NCBI GenBank assembly: GCA_013265495.1
Contig: MU060486.1
Span: 744,001 to 808,000 of the forward strand
DNA from: Vicugna vicugna
Lineage: Eukaryota
Reading direction: 5' to 3'
Length of the DNA stretch: 64,000 nt
Positions 48,915 to 61,790 of this stretch are shown piece after piece. Within the stretch, counting starts at the first letter, position 1, and the number at the start of each line of letters is the position of its first letter. A program made the translations under genes and the position numbers. The notes beneath the pieces are model-generated. The model searched no databases. It was not told the DNA's origin and saw only the letters and a list, made by a program, of their open reading frames with translations.

Positions 48915-49080
48915 GCTCATAGTAAGTTACTGTTTTTAATCCTTATGCATCTTTTAGATTGAGCACCGTTATTATCTTTATTTTACAGATTGGGGGGGAA
49001 AAAAGCAGCCAGACAGCCCTGAGGCTTGGGCAGAGTAAGTGATTTGCCCAAGATGACAACACCCTGAGTGACAGGCTGGG
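48915..49080 (-). mobile_element. MIR SINE, antisense
   Basis: 'attatctttattttacagattggggggg...ctgaggcttgggcagagtaagtgatttgcccaagatgaca' matches the antisense MIR core. Confidence 0.75.
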
Positions 49081-51129
49081 GCCCGCTTTGCGGGTGAGCC
49101 GCCCTGCACGTCACTGCCCTCAGGAGCTGCGGTCAGGGAGTTCATGAGGTGGCGGGGAACGAGGACCAGGGTGAAAAATGGACACGGCTTCCGCTCCCAG
49201 GGGATTCACAGTCTAAAACCAGAGGCCCGGCAGAAGCAAGTGTTAAATGAGGAAACATGTAATTGAAGTGTCAAAATAGTATATCAGATGGAAACACGGG
49301 GCAGAGATGATTATTTTTTTCCCAGTTTGTCTACAGCTCAGGTCGGTCTCGATGGCCTTTGAAGGTGGGAGATCCCGTACTCCAATTACAGGTCTGTCAT
49401 TTGTCTTACACAACTCCTGGGAGGAAGGTGGCTTGAAAGACATCAGTCCCTCGACAACACGCAGTGGTCCCTGTGAGCCCTGGCGGCCCCGCCCCCACGG
49501 CATCTTGGACGCCCGCAGGGTCCGCTCGCTGGGGACGCATCCACCTCTCTCCTCCCAAATCCAGGCTGATGCCCCGCGGCCCGACGGCGGTGGTGTCTCC
49601 ATCGGCCTCTTCAGTAACGCAGACCCTGGGCTCTAAAGGGAGGAAGGGCTGGGACCCTGGGGACCCTGGGCGGGGGGAGCAGAGTCAAGCTGGACGGTGA
49701 GTCTGGGGAGAGGCGGGAGGCGGCCGCGTTGGAAGCCCGTGCCCTCCACCCTCCTGCTGCCTCTGCAGGCGGGGGCGGCCCCTGGCGACGTGGGGTCTGC
49801 CCTTTCACCTGGGCCCACCCTGTCTGGGCACATTTGCCCCTTTTCCAATAAAGACCAACCAACACGAAATCTATAATTATCACTACTAATTCCACTTAAT
49901 TAGTCACAAGCCAGCAGCCAAATTGGCTTTCTCGTAATTATCTGATAAGCAGTAAGCACATCTCGTAGATTATAATTAACACTACTTAATTAAAACCTAA
50001 CATACATACACCCTTTCCTCAAAATACATCTAATTGGGCTCATAACAGCAGCAGATAGGAACTCTTCCTTGGTCCCCCATCCCCACCCCAGGATTTCGCG
50101 TATCTGCGCTTCCAGCCCCCGGAGAGAACCGAGATGGTTACAGGCGCTTTGGCCGATGGATTCCTTGCGGCGACTTACACACTTACTCCTCGGGGGACGG
50201 AGGAAAGTCGCTGGTCTCTCCCCTCTCTCGAAGTGTCTCCCCCAAACTGAGAAATGCCCGGCCCCCGACGGCCGCTCGCTGGTTCAGGCCGCACGCCAGG
50301 GACACTTGAGCTTCCCGCCTGGGCTCCTCTGCCTCTGTCCTGCCGCAGGCAGCGTCAGAAATCCCTGTCCGCCTCTAAACTGGGAAGAAACCCCTCTCAG
50401 ACTTCCTGGCAAGATGTTTGGAAATGAATGGGGTCCAGAGCCGTTTTGAAGTTATGAGTGGCGGTGACGGCGTCGCCACCCGCTTGCATCTCGGGCTGAG
50501 CTGAGGGCGGCGGGCGTCTGGGCCTGCGGGCGCTGGCTGGGGTGAGAGGGCGGACCGTTCAGCGTCTTGAAAGTGCAAAGGCTCTATTCCTGGTGAGACC
50601 GCTGGCCTCCCGTTGCTCAGAGACGAGTTCAGAGAGCGGGTTCCAGAGGACCCCGGCGGTGGTGACTTCCTGGCCTTCGTGAGCTCGTGTGACACCAGCG
50701 GGGCGGCAGGGAGCCTCGGCCATGCCCCTGGGGAGAGATGGACCAGGGGGACGTGGACCCTCCTGGCGCAGTGGCCTGCACCGAGGGTCCACGCAGACGG
50801 GAGGGAGGAGGGAGGTGGCGCCCACCGGCGCCGTGCGCTTCCCAGGCTGTCCTGCCGGGCTCGGTGCCTCTCCCTGTCATCTCCTAGTTGTCTCGCTTTT
50901 CTCCGTGCCTGCTCTGGCACCAGGAAATGGAAGGCAGGAATGCGTGGTTTCTGCTTCGATCCCTAGCGTTGGGGGATTACTGGTCACGTTTCAGAGTCTC
51001 AGACGAGGCCTGGGACAGTCAGCTGAGGTGGGGCGGTGGCAGGAGGACTGGAACCAACTGTCCTCCAGGCGCTCACTGCTCGCCCTCCTCCCAGACACTC
51101 CTGCCGCCGCGCGTCGCTGTCCTGCACCT

Positions 51130-51255
51130 GCGCTTCCGGTTCTCAGGGCAGCGCCTGGGTTAGTGCGCCCGCTGCCGGGCCCTCACCCACTCCGTGCGGC
51201 CCAGCAGCTACTGAGTGCCCCGCGTGTGCCGGTTAACGGGTGGACGGATGAATGT
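51130..51255 (+). mobile_element. L2 3' end (degenerate)
   Basis: Ends '...gggtggacggatgaatg', an L2-like terminus. Confidence 0.4.
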
Positions 51256-53510
51256 CCCATGGCTACTTTCCTGCTGAAAAAAAGGGCCAACTACTGCGCA
51301 GGGAAAATACTGCATCCCGAGCTGTGAGATTGACCTCATCTTCACGGCCACTAACTTTCTCCCCGGATCCTGTCTTGGATCAGGAAAGTCTCACCCCCGA
51401 CAGCGATCGGAGGGGCAATGTCCACCGACAAAGTGTCCTGGTATTCCTCCCCACCCGCCTCCTTCTCTCTGTCCCCGGTCAGACCGTTGGGCCAGTGGGC
51501 CGTCGTTGGCAGCGCAGCCTGGCTTTGGCGAAGGAGTCGGATGTCGAGCTGCCCGTTTGTTCGTGGGCCACCGGGAGGGGCTGCAAAGGCCTTGGAGGAT
51601 GAGCCTGCGTGTTGAAAATTGCCTTCATGGCTTTTGGCCCTAGTCCCATTTTCTCCTTGTATCTTGGGTTCCTGTTGCCTCGGCCAGGCTGGGTGGTGGT
51701 GACAGCTGTGTGGACACAGGGAGGAGACCTCCGTCTGGGCCATCGTTTCGCTGGTGGCCCTCGGCGTCTTTGAAGCCTTGCTGTCCTTCATCCTCATCCG
51801 CCCCCGCCGAGCTCAGCTTGTGTTCACCGCCCGCCGCCCGGGAGGCGCTGCCCCCGTCTTGCCTCTCTCATCCTGCCCCTCACTCCGCAGGGCCTTTTCA
51901 AACCTCCAGGGTCTTGGCTGCAGGCATTCCCCTCCTCTGGGAGGGGTCTCAGGGGAGGCCCTCTGTTCATCCCGCTCCTTTGACCGAGGCTGCCTGTGCC
52001 ACCTCCTCCCCCCTCCACGCTGGGCCCTCCGTGACGCTCTGGGCTCGAATAAATTACGTTTCCAAAGGTTAAGACTGGATTTCAGTGGTCGGCTCCCCTC
52101 TGATGTCTCTGTTACTTTCGAGAGCTGGTGGGTTTGCGAAGGGAACCGCTCTCTCCGCGGGGCCACCGCCGGGAAGGGGCTGTTGGGGATTCTGCAAAAT
52201 CCTGAAGCCCGTCTTCTCCTCCATGTCACTGCGACAGGGCAGGAGGGCTGTTTCTGCCCGGTGCTTCTTGTTTTGAAAGTCCATGAGCAAGGGACTTGCT
52301 CTGTCTCTCTGCAGAACCATTGAACGCTGGAGGGAGGAAATGAAAAAGAAGACAGGGAGTGGGAGGGGGAGGCAGGGGGACAGAGAGGAAGAGAGACAGG
52401 CAGCCGCCTCCCCCACGGCTGCAGTCCCCGGGGAGCAGGTACCTGGGGCGTGTGTGTCGTAGTTGGCTGGGCGTGTTTGCATTCTCCTGGACGTGGTACT
52501 GAACGGCAGAAAACACACACGCACGCCCCCAAAAACACAAAAGCACATCTGAGACACCCAGCTGTGCCGTGATGATGTCATCAAGAGCCGCAGCGTCTGC
52601 CAGCAGCTTCCCGCGGGAGGGCGATCGAGCACGGCTCGCCCCAGGGCTGGGAGCCAAGGTGGGGCGTCCCCGGCCTCGTCAGGAGCCTGATGGCAGCCTC
52701 GGGAGCTACCTGTGTGCCGCTCAGGGGCAGGTCCTCCCGCGGCTCCTCAGCACCCTGGACTTCATCGCTGAAGGAGGCAGGTGCTTGCTGTGCACACGCA
52801 GAGGACGGGGCCAGCACGTCCGAGGTCCGCGCTCTCGCCTCGCCCTGCTGTCTATCCTCTGTGCAGAGAGAGGGTCTGAAACACGCAGGCCGAGGTTCAG
52901 GCTGATCTCAGAGCTCAGGCGGGGCCGCCTGGCCCCCGGTGTTTTCAGCCTGCTGGCTTTCGGCTTTAGTGTCCTGAGGGGAGTTTGTGGTTGTGCGGAC
53001 GTGTGACGGCTCATGCAGCAGTCAGGCCGCACAGGTACAAGAACCTCTCAGCCCGGGAGTTATCGAGAGCGGTGACGTGAGACTGAGATTCAAAACTCAG
53101 CGGAAAGCGCCTCCTCCCTGCCCCCCCCCCACCACCGTGTCATCAGTACCGATCCAGCCTCTCGGATGTTTCTGGAGGTGCTCTGCTCCCCTCCTCAGCC
53201 CCTGCCCATATCCTGGTTCACTCCCCGTCATCCTTGCCTTGTTCAGGGCAACGTGGTCCTTCCCCGGGGGCCCAGCACACCCGGGAGAGGCGGCTGCCTG
53301 TGTCTGTCCCCTGCTGCCATCCATCAGCGTCTTCGGCGGCCTTCGGGGAAGGACCTCCGCTCCAGAGCTTGGCATCTGCAGTCTGGCCCTGCCCACGTCA
53401 CAGCCTCATGTGTCTGCGGTCTCCCCCCCCCGCCGTCGCCCTGAATACACGGGTTGGACTCCTTCTGCTCCCCTTGTGTCATGTTTCTTGTCTCTCAGGA
53501 CCCTGGTTCT

Positions 53511-53550
53511 GCCCGGCCCCCGGCCCCCGGCCCCCCGCCCCGGCCCGGGC
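53511..53550. repeat. GC-only (GGCCCCC)n-like tract
   Basis: gcccggcccccggcccccggccccccgccccggcccgggc, seen directly. Confidence 0.85.
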
Positions 53551-55526
53551 TGGAGACGCCTGCGCTATGCTACCAGGGCAGCCTTCGGCGTACCTGCCCT
53601 GGAACTCACCACGGGGCCTTACCTGCCTATTCCCTGTTTCTCTTACACTGGACTCTCATCTCTTTGCGGAGAGCCACGCTCACCGGGAGCAGCAGCCCAC
53701 GTGTGGAAGCTGTCACAATGCGCGGGCCGGCAGCCTTCGGGGCTCCCCCTAGAAGCAGGTGCAGGTCTGATGAGATGAGAGAAGCGCGTGGCGGCCAGTG
53801 CTTCCCAGGCTGCGCCGAGTCTGGACTTTCCCACGAGGGCGCTGCTGGGGCTGGAGACGCTCCCATCTGTGGCTTGAACCTCATGCCACACACCCTCGTT
53901 CAGGGACCCGCAGACCGAGAGCTCCCGGGAATGTTAAGTTAACGTTTACATGAAGAATGTAACCGTCTATTCATAACGGCAAGACAAACCCATTTACTTA
54001 TCAAACAAAAATAGATTAACTGAGAGCAAGTGGAGCAAAGGAAACGGAAGGTGAAGGGGGGCGTCCTCCGGGCAGCAGGGTGGTCTCCGCGTCCTTAGCT
54101 TTGACGCCGCCGCTTCTAGCTCAGCCCGTTCTCAGCGATGTTCATCCGTTCCCATCACGAGGATCACGTTCTTATTAAAGTGCTACTTTCTGAAACGTTG
54201 TGCTAAGGACAGCGGGCATTTGTAAGTTGTCAGTGGAGGTGGTCTGGGTAAGGCTCGCCCTCCTTGAAGACCGTCCGTCCTCTTGGAGCTCCCAGGACGG
54301 CAAGAGGGAGAGACAGTCCCGGAGGACGGGGCGGAGAGAGCAGCCCGCACAGCGCTGCGGCCCTGGGCGGCTGGGCCTCCGGGCCGGGGGCGGGCGGCAG
54401 GGGACTGAGGCCGCGCGCCTGGCCCCGGGGGAGCCTCGGGCCGAGGTCCACGCACCCGGGCGGGGGTGCTGCCGGTCCTCGGGGCCTGCTCGCAGATGTC
54501 TGCAGCCGACCTTGGACCTGCACTTTGCAGAAACATGCGAGGACGTGTCCTCACGATGAGGAAAACAAAAGGATTCCTTGCGGAGGGAAGACCAAATAGA
54601 GTGGCCACGGCTCTTTCTGGAGGGATGGGGGCCCCCTGGGGCTCGGCTGGCGGGCTCAGCGCTGGTGCTCAGCCAGGCTCCCTGCAGGGGGGCGACGTGG
54701 CCCTGACAGTGCTCCCCGCCCTCCGAAAACTGAGCAGGGCCGGTGGGGCTCCCCACCTAGGACGGGCTCGGCCGCCCTGGGCCTCGCGGTCACGGCGGGG
54801 AGAGGGTGTGGTTCTGAGGGGCGACTGCCCTCCGGCTCTGCCCGGGGGGCCGTGACGCTCGGAGGTGTTGGCCCCTGTACTGGCTGGGGCCTGCCGGGGG
54901 CGAGTAATCTCGCTGCTTCCTCCGGAACGCGTGGCCCCGCCTCCTGTGGCTCTGCAGTCGTGGGCGGGCGATGGCGAGAAGCGCATCCTGTTGAAGAGGC
55001 CTCGCTGGGCTGCGCACGGTCTCCCCCGAGGCGAGGCAGACGAGTCGAGGGTTTGTGTGGAGAGTTGTGTGCAGACAAGAGGAGCAGCGAAAGGCCCTCG
55101 TCTCTGGAGGAAGGGGTGCGAGGGGGTCGCTGCCTTCCCGCCAGTAGCAGGAGAAGACCACCCGCACCTCCATCTCCGGCCCACCCCCGCGGCCCCGTCC
55201 CTGGGCCCAAATGACCTGCGTGACCTTGGCCCACCTTCAAGGGCACCCGGGACCCCTTTCTGTTTGCTGCTCTCTTCCCTGGGTCCTCCTGGCACAAACT
55301 CTGTTCCAGTTCCAGTGGTGGTTAAGATACGCCGACCTTTTATTTTTTTTCCTGTTTCATCCCATTTTTTCTCTTTTTTTAAACACATGTTTAAAGACTG
55401 CAGAGGCAGAGAAGGGATGTGACACACCTGTGAGGGGTCCTTGCATCCCCACGCCCCGGGGCCCCTGTTCCCCTTCCTGGAGTCTTCCCTGTGCTTCCCA
55501 GACTCTGCTGTGCCCGCGCGAGCGAA

Positions 55527-55565
55527 CTCTGTCTCTCTCTCTCACTCTCACACGCACGCACGCAC
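55527..55565. repeat. Compound (CT)n/(CA)n/(CGCA)n microsatellite
   Basis: Seen directly in the sequence. Confidence 0.8.
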
Positions 55566-58500
55566 GGCGGCACATACCGTACCCTGCTCTGTGTCTTGGC
55601 CTGTCACCGGACGATATTTCTCGGAGATGATTCCAGGTCAGCGGATCAAGGCCCTTTCACGTGCCCCTTTGATTGCGTCTCCCTTCCCTTCTTCTCGGGT
55701 TCTGTCCTCGACGCCCCTTCTGTCGTGAAGCCTCCCCCCGTCGCCGCAGCCTCCAGTGGCCGCTGCCTGGCCGAGCCGTAGGTTGTGTGATTCTGAGTGG
55801 CTCGTGCTCCGTCTTGCTGCCCGTGTTAACCTGCTGGGGTCCCAGCTTCCCAGGTAGATGGGGGCGTCCGTAAGGACGCAGCACTGCCCACGTAATGGGC
55901 GGCCTTGTCCGGAGCAGGGAGGCAGGCAGTTTGCTGGCTGACGGGCGGCTCAGGGAGTGGAACCTGCCGCCTGTGCCTTGTCAGAGTCTGTGTCCGAGAC
56001 CAGGTCTGTTTGCCCCTACCCTGAGCGGCTTCCCCAGTGTCTCTGGGATGGTCGTGCATGTCCCGAGCAAAGGGAACAGGGTGGTGTGTCCAGGCTTGTT
56101 TTCCTCCAGAGCCAGCTGCTCTGCCCACTTTTCCTGCAGAAGTCAGTGGTGAGAGGGTCTGCCAGGGCACCGGGCACGGAGCAGTGAGACCCGCCCTCTT
56201 GGTCAGACGTGCTCGGGGTCAAGGCCCGTCCACGGTGGCCTCGAGGACTGGCGGGTGCATGGCGGCCTTCAGGTCTGTGGAAGCACTGTGCTGGTCGGGC
56301 CGAGGAAAGGAGGGAGGTGATGCTCTGTGTCCCAGACCCGCCCTGACTCCGGGGAGCGGGGACCGCGGGTCGGGGTGGCTCTGCTGCTCTCCCACCCTCT
56401 GGCCACTCCTCCCCGAGGAGAGTCTCCCCCGGGACTGGCCCCAGATGAAGCACGTCACTCCGCATCAGCCCAGCGAACTGAACTCTCACAGACTCGCTAG
56501 TTCAGGCTCCCCGCGCATTCCCAGGGGGGGGCTGGTGCAAAGCCGTCAGAGTGTTTCTTTTGCGAGAAAATCACGTTGCTTCTTTCAAGTGGGGAATGCA
56601 AACCTGGCTTTTGGGACTTAAAGACAAGCCTCCAGGTTCTTGGTGCAGACGCGGAGTCAGCAGCCCTGGGAAGCGGCGGCCGGGCTGAGGGGCCAGGGCC
56701 TCGCTCCAGAGGCCTGTTGTCGCCTGGTTCAGGAGACGGAAAGGAAACGCAGGCCGACGGCCCGGAGCGATGCTGTCCAGGTGGGCAGTAAGCATGCGCA
56801 CCTGCTGTGGGGCGGGAGATGAGATCGTGGACTGAGACGGTTCAGGAAGTTTCCCTGGGGGTGAGCCAGGCTTTGCAGAGGAGAAAGGAGGGAGGGGGCG
56901 GCACAGACGTGCGGGCTGGGGCGGTGGAGGGGGGAGGAGCAGGACAGAGCCCGGCTTCCAAAGCCGGCTGGGTTCAGACTGAGGAGAGCAACGCTCAAAC
57001 TAAGAGCCGTGGGCTCTTCCCCAAAGTGACCAGAGGGCATGGCTGTGGGGAGGGAAGGTTGGAGCTGTTGCTCAGGGACAGAAGGGGCTGCAGCGGCCTG
57101 CGGTGGCGGGGGTGGGAGTGGGTGCAGCCGGAGAGGAAAGAGCGAAGGGCCAGTTACTTCGGATTCGCCCGCCCCCAGGGAGGCACCAGGGAACAGACAT
57201 TTCTGAGAAATGGCTCTTCTCGTCATCTTCAGTGTGGGTGAGCCGGTCAGCGTCTCTGCTGGGAGAGGGGGCCATCAGCCCCTTCTGGGCCAGGTCAGGG
57301 GCCCGGGGCCGACCTGCCCTCTGGTCCCACGGAGGGGCTCAGAATTCCTCCTTGTCAATGTTCCAGAAGCATCCTCTGCTCCCCCCGGGAGAGAGAGCTG
57401 TGAGCATGTCACGCTGATCACTTCCCCCGGGGGAGGGGCTGCAGGTGAGTCCAAGATACGGTGAGAGGGCCCGGGGTCGGGGTGGGGGCAGGGCTCAGAG
57501 AATCGTGATGGATTATTCTCCCGGGTGCCTGGCAGACGCCTCTTCCTGCTGGTGTCCCAGTGGAGCCCGTGGTGCCTGGAAGGGCTCTCGGCCAAACGTG
57601 CTTTTGTCCTAAGCCCGTCTGCCTTGAGAACGTTTTCTCCAGGCCCCCTGTCACTTGTGGGTCTGGTGCCGGGCGCCCACGGGCAGCAGGCGACCAGCTC
57701 TGAGTGGACCTGGGGCCCGGCAGCCAGCGTTGCTGGAGGCTGAATCCTGGAGGGCCTGGGAAGCCCTGCCCATGTCCCCTGGTCAATCCAGGGCCGCGGG
57801 GGGTGCGGGGGCCTGGGAGAGCCTGTGCCGGCGGGACCCCTCCTCCCGCAGGAGAGGGACGTGGAGGCCCAGGTCGGGGGGCGTCAGCCGAGGGCACTGC
57901 TCAAGGAGCCGAGTGCTGTGGGATTCAGTACATAGCTTTTCACGTGTTTTTGCGAGAAGAGTGTTTCTCAGCTTAGTGAAGGGGCAGGACAAGCTGGGTT
58001 TTGATTCATGAGCTTTGGCCTTAGCGCTGTGCTGTTAAGTCAAAGGAGAGCATGTTGTTAGTTAGTAGTGGAAACTTCCAAGGGGAAAGGTAAGTAATCC
58101 TGCCGGGGGTGGGGGAAAGCTAGACCTGATGTTCCTTTTCTCTCTCTGAGTAAGTGATGGAAAAAGTTGAAATCTTTAAGGGCCGTTCATTCCTTTGATT
58201 GGAGTCTGGACCACACCGTCCTTTTTCACAATATCAAAGAAGGGGATGTTGGTGGGTGACAAGTGGCATCTCTGACATCAAGAAGCGTTTTTCTCTGTCC
58301 AGTCAAGACAAACGCACGTTTGACCTGTTCTAGAGGTCTCCACAGAGGTCATAGTGTCACTTCCCTGGAATGAGTGATCTCTTCCGTCACGTGTGCCGTC
58401 AAGACGGAACGTTCTGCTTTCTTCCTCTTTGCCTTTTCCCCGTTTAGTCTGTCCTCTGGAATTCAATTGACAGTAATTGATCAGCATCTTAAGACAACTT

Positions 58501-60439
58501 TTATGTATTAGAAAATGGTTGAATTCTACCCCAGACTCCTGCTCACCCAGTTACGTAGCTCCGAAGCCCTTTCGCCTTTTCCAGCCAATAGTCAATGCTC
58601 ACTAAATATCGATGCCATTTTTCAGTATCCTACGCGCTTTTGGCTGGAGGAACTCTTAGCAGCGTACCTGGGTTTGCCCACATTTGTTTTGTTGCCCCTT
58701 CAGGGCAGAAAGCGTCCGTGCCCTGTAAGATCTCTCACATACAGCAGCATAGGGCTGGAGAGGTACTGCACCACGATAACCCTGCCATCTGGGGCCTGAC
58801 CGATGGACACAGCATTTTCAGCACTTCGTATCTGCGACGTGGTGTCAGTGAACATGTTCCAGATGAATCTTTAGAGCCTGGAATTCAGAACCCTGAGGCA
58901 ATTAAGATGCAAACAAAAGGAACCCTGATCTCCAAAGCTTTGCAGCTTTGATTACTCTGGTAGCCAGGCCCCTTAACGCGGCTCCTTGGCAGGAATCCCT
59001 AAAATCCAAAAGAGGATTGCCAGCTCTCAGGGCTTCTGCTTGGGGCTGTAGTTGGATTAGATGGTTTCCAAACTGTCTCTCACACCTAAGCTCGTGTGTT
59101 TCCGGGGCCCCCAGGGGACAGAAATTCCGTTCTCCCTCCAGATCCCTGTGTGCGTGGATCTCCTTCCGTCTACATCCGAACACCTGATGAATATCGCCCC
59201 TTCAGACACCCGTGTGTGTGCGTTCGTGTGTCGGCTCTGTCCCCAGTCACTCATACTCGTTTTGGCTTTCTTCCGTCTCCCTCTGCACGACGGACTTCCG
59301 GGTTAGCCTCGGACACACAGGGCTCCTAACCTGTGGTGCGGCTTCTGCCGCACGGGGCACGGCCGCCTGCAGAACATCTAGGGGTTCGGGGATGGTGGCG
59401 GTGCCCTGGACCAGGGAGAGAGGCTGCGGCAGGGCTGGGGCGGCCAGCGCAGCCCACCGAGGCCCCCAGGACGGCCCGGCTGTCGGCTCGGCGCCCTGAG
59501 ATGAGACTCAGTGAAGTTGTAAAGGGCACATCCATTTTTAAGCGATCTCTGTGTTTGGCTTCTCTTTATTTTTGGCAGTTGTTTGTCAAGAGAAAAAAAA
59601 AAACAATTTGTAGGGAAATTAAATAAATAATTACTCCCTATCAAAGGGAAAGTAAAGTAATAAATTATAAGTCTTTCTTTCCCCCTGTCAGAGTTTAACA
59701 TTTCAGCATCTGATCAAAAGTTTTAAAATCCCATTTTTAGGCTTACAGTACATTAGATAAATGGGTTCTTAAAATGCACTTACTCACAACAGAACCTCAT
59801 TCTGATTAAATTTTCAATTCAGCCACCACCTACTTTATTTTTTATGGGCTTCATTAGAGAGACTTAAAAAAAAATTGTCCAGTGCTCCAAGCATTGCTGG
59901 AACTTGGTGCAAGATGAATTGTTGGGGTTTCCAGCTACGATTCTGCTGACTCTGGATTGGGAGAGAAGTAACCCCGAGGCTGCTTCTCAGCCAGACACCA
60001 GTCCAGGGCTCCCCTCAGCCCTTTTCATGAACCACATTATGGGGTCTTTGCAGGGTGGCTGGGGCCTGGGGCTGGATCTCTGTGGCTCTGGGGAAATCAC
60101 TGAGGTGACGTGTGCTGGGTGGAGATCTGGCTGCGTTCAGTGTGGGCGCTTGTGGTCAGTGGGAGGCCTGCATGCTCATCTTCACTTCGTACTAACTAGC
60201 TTGGGACTGTTGGCAAATCACACCTAGATCTTCAGTGAATCCTGGGAGGTGCTCTGAAGCCAGCCTCACGCTTGGCGGAGGAACACAGCAGTGTCCACTA
60301 AGGCTGAGTGCCCCACTGAACGTCGTGGGGAGACGTCTGTGGTCACGGCTGGGTTTTTGACCCGGTGTACTGCCTGCCTGCTGCCACGCTGTTCGAGCTG
60401 GTTAAGCTCCGAGATGGCGCACGGTGACCTGCTTTACAG

Positions 60440-61110
60440 CATTAGTTTTTTATTAAGAACATAGATGTGGAGTTATTTTCAAAGCTACAAAGCAAACCAT
60501 GAAAACGATGAAATGACTTGTGCGTTTTTGGTGTTTGTTTCTGGGCTGAGATCCCCATCGGCTCAGGCGTCTTCCTGCCTCTTCTTGAGCGTCGTGACGA
60601 AAGCTGCTTCCCAGGCCCTGTCCCCCGTCCCTCGTCTGCGCTGTCAGGGGTTTGGTTCTCACCGATGGCCTGTCCTCTGGATCGTGGGCCGCGTTTTCCT
60701 GTTTCTCTGTAGTCTGGTGATTTTTGGCACGTTCTGGGCGTTGTGGCTGGTGCAGAGTCTAGATGGCCTTGTGCTCTCTGAATATACTGATTTTCCTTAA
60801 AGCAGGTAGTCAACTTGGCAGGATTCAAACTTCAGCCTGTCTCCTCTGTGGGGGGCACTGATAAAAATTATCGTTCAGTTCTTGTAGCCTGAGCTGGGTG
60901 ACTTGTAATCTTCTCTGTGGGTGAGGAGTTGAGGGAGCAGCTAGAAATTCAAACAGGTTCTTTTTAAGGCAGATTTTAGGACTTTTCTTCCGTGAATAGC
61001 TCTTTTGTGGGACTTATCCCCTCAGTTTGTAGCTGCCGTGGTCACTCCAGACTCCCTTGCTTCTGCAGGACAGTAAGACTATAGGTGCCCTTCTCGGTTT
61101 TAGTAGCATC
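60440..61110 (-). mobile_element. Old L1M(E)-type 5' region, antisense
   Basis: 'gcaggtagtcaacttggcaggattcaaact...gttcagttcttgtagcctgagctggg...cagtaagactatagg' resembles recalled L1ME 5'-end antisense sequence. Confidence 0.5.
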
Positions 61111-61632
61111 ATTCGGTGATGACTGGAGCTCCCTTCAGACAAAATTTCATACAATACTGGACATCGAGCGAGCGCCATTGTGCTCCTTTCTGGCAAGTGA
61201 ATTCTCCTCCACCGCTTCCTGCTTTAGTGTCTTGCCGTCGTCTCCGGGTGCTGTGTTGTTGTTGCTGCCCCTGCAGTTTAATTTTGTGTGTGTGTGTCTG
61301 GATTGATTGATAGTTATTATTTGTGTGAAGGTTAATCTGTTAGAAGCTGCTCCTCTGTTACCAAAAAGAGGAGTTGACTTTTTTTTTTTAACAAATTTCT
61401 TTCAGGGGTAAATTTTTAAAATTATTTTCAAGTCTCAGAGTCCTCTTTCCCCGTTACATACAAATGAACACTCCTAGTATAAAAATGGTAGAAAATGCTA
61501 TGTTACATACATTTTTATTGTATAGAGTGCAGCCCACGTATATGGTATATTCGACTTTTTTCGAGTTCTTGCTATGGGTCAGCAAGGATTTGAGCCCCTT
61601 AGTAACTAAGAAGGAGGTACCATAACCAACCC

Positions 61633-61790
61633 ATTTTATTATTTTTAACACCTCCATTATGGTATGATTCCTGTACAGTAAACTGCACATATTTGAGATG
61701 AACAATTTGATGAGTTTTAATAGATGTATACACCAGTGAATCTGCCACCACAATCAAGACAGCTAACACTTCCGTCGCTCCCCAAGAGGT
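61633..61790 (-). mobile_element. L1MB/MC-type 3' end, antisense
   Basis: 'taaactgcacatatttgagatgaacaatttgatgagttttaatagatgtatacaccagtgaatctgccaccacaatcaaga'. Confidence 0.75.
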
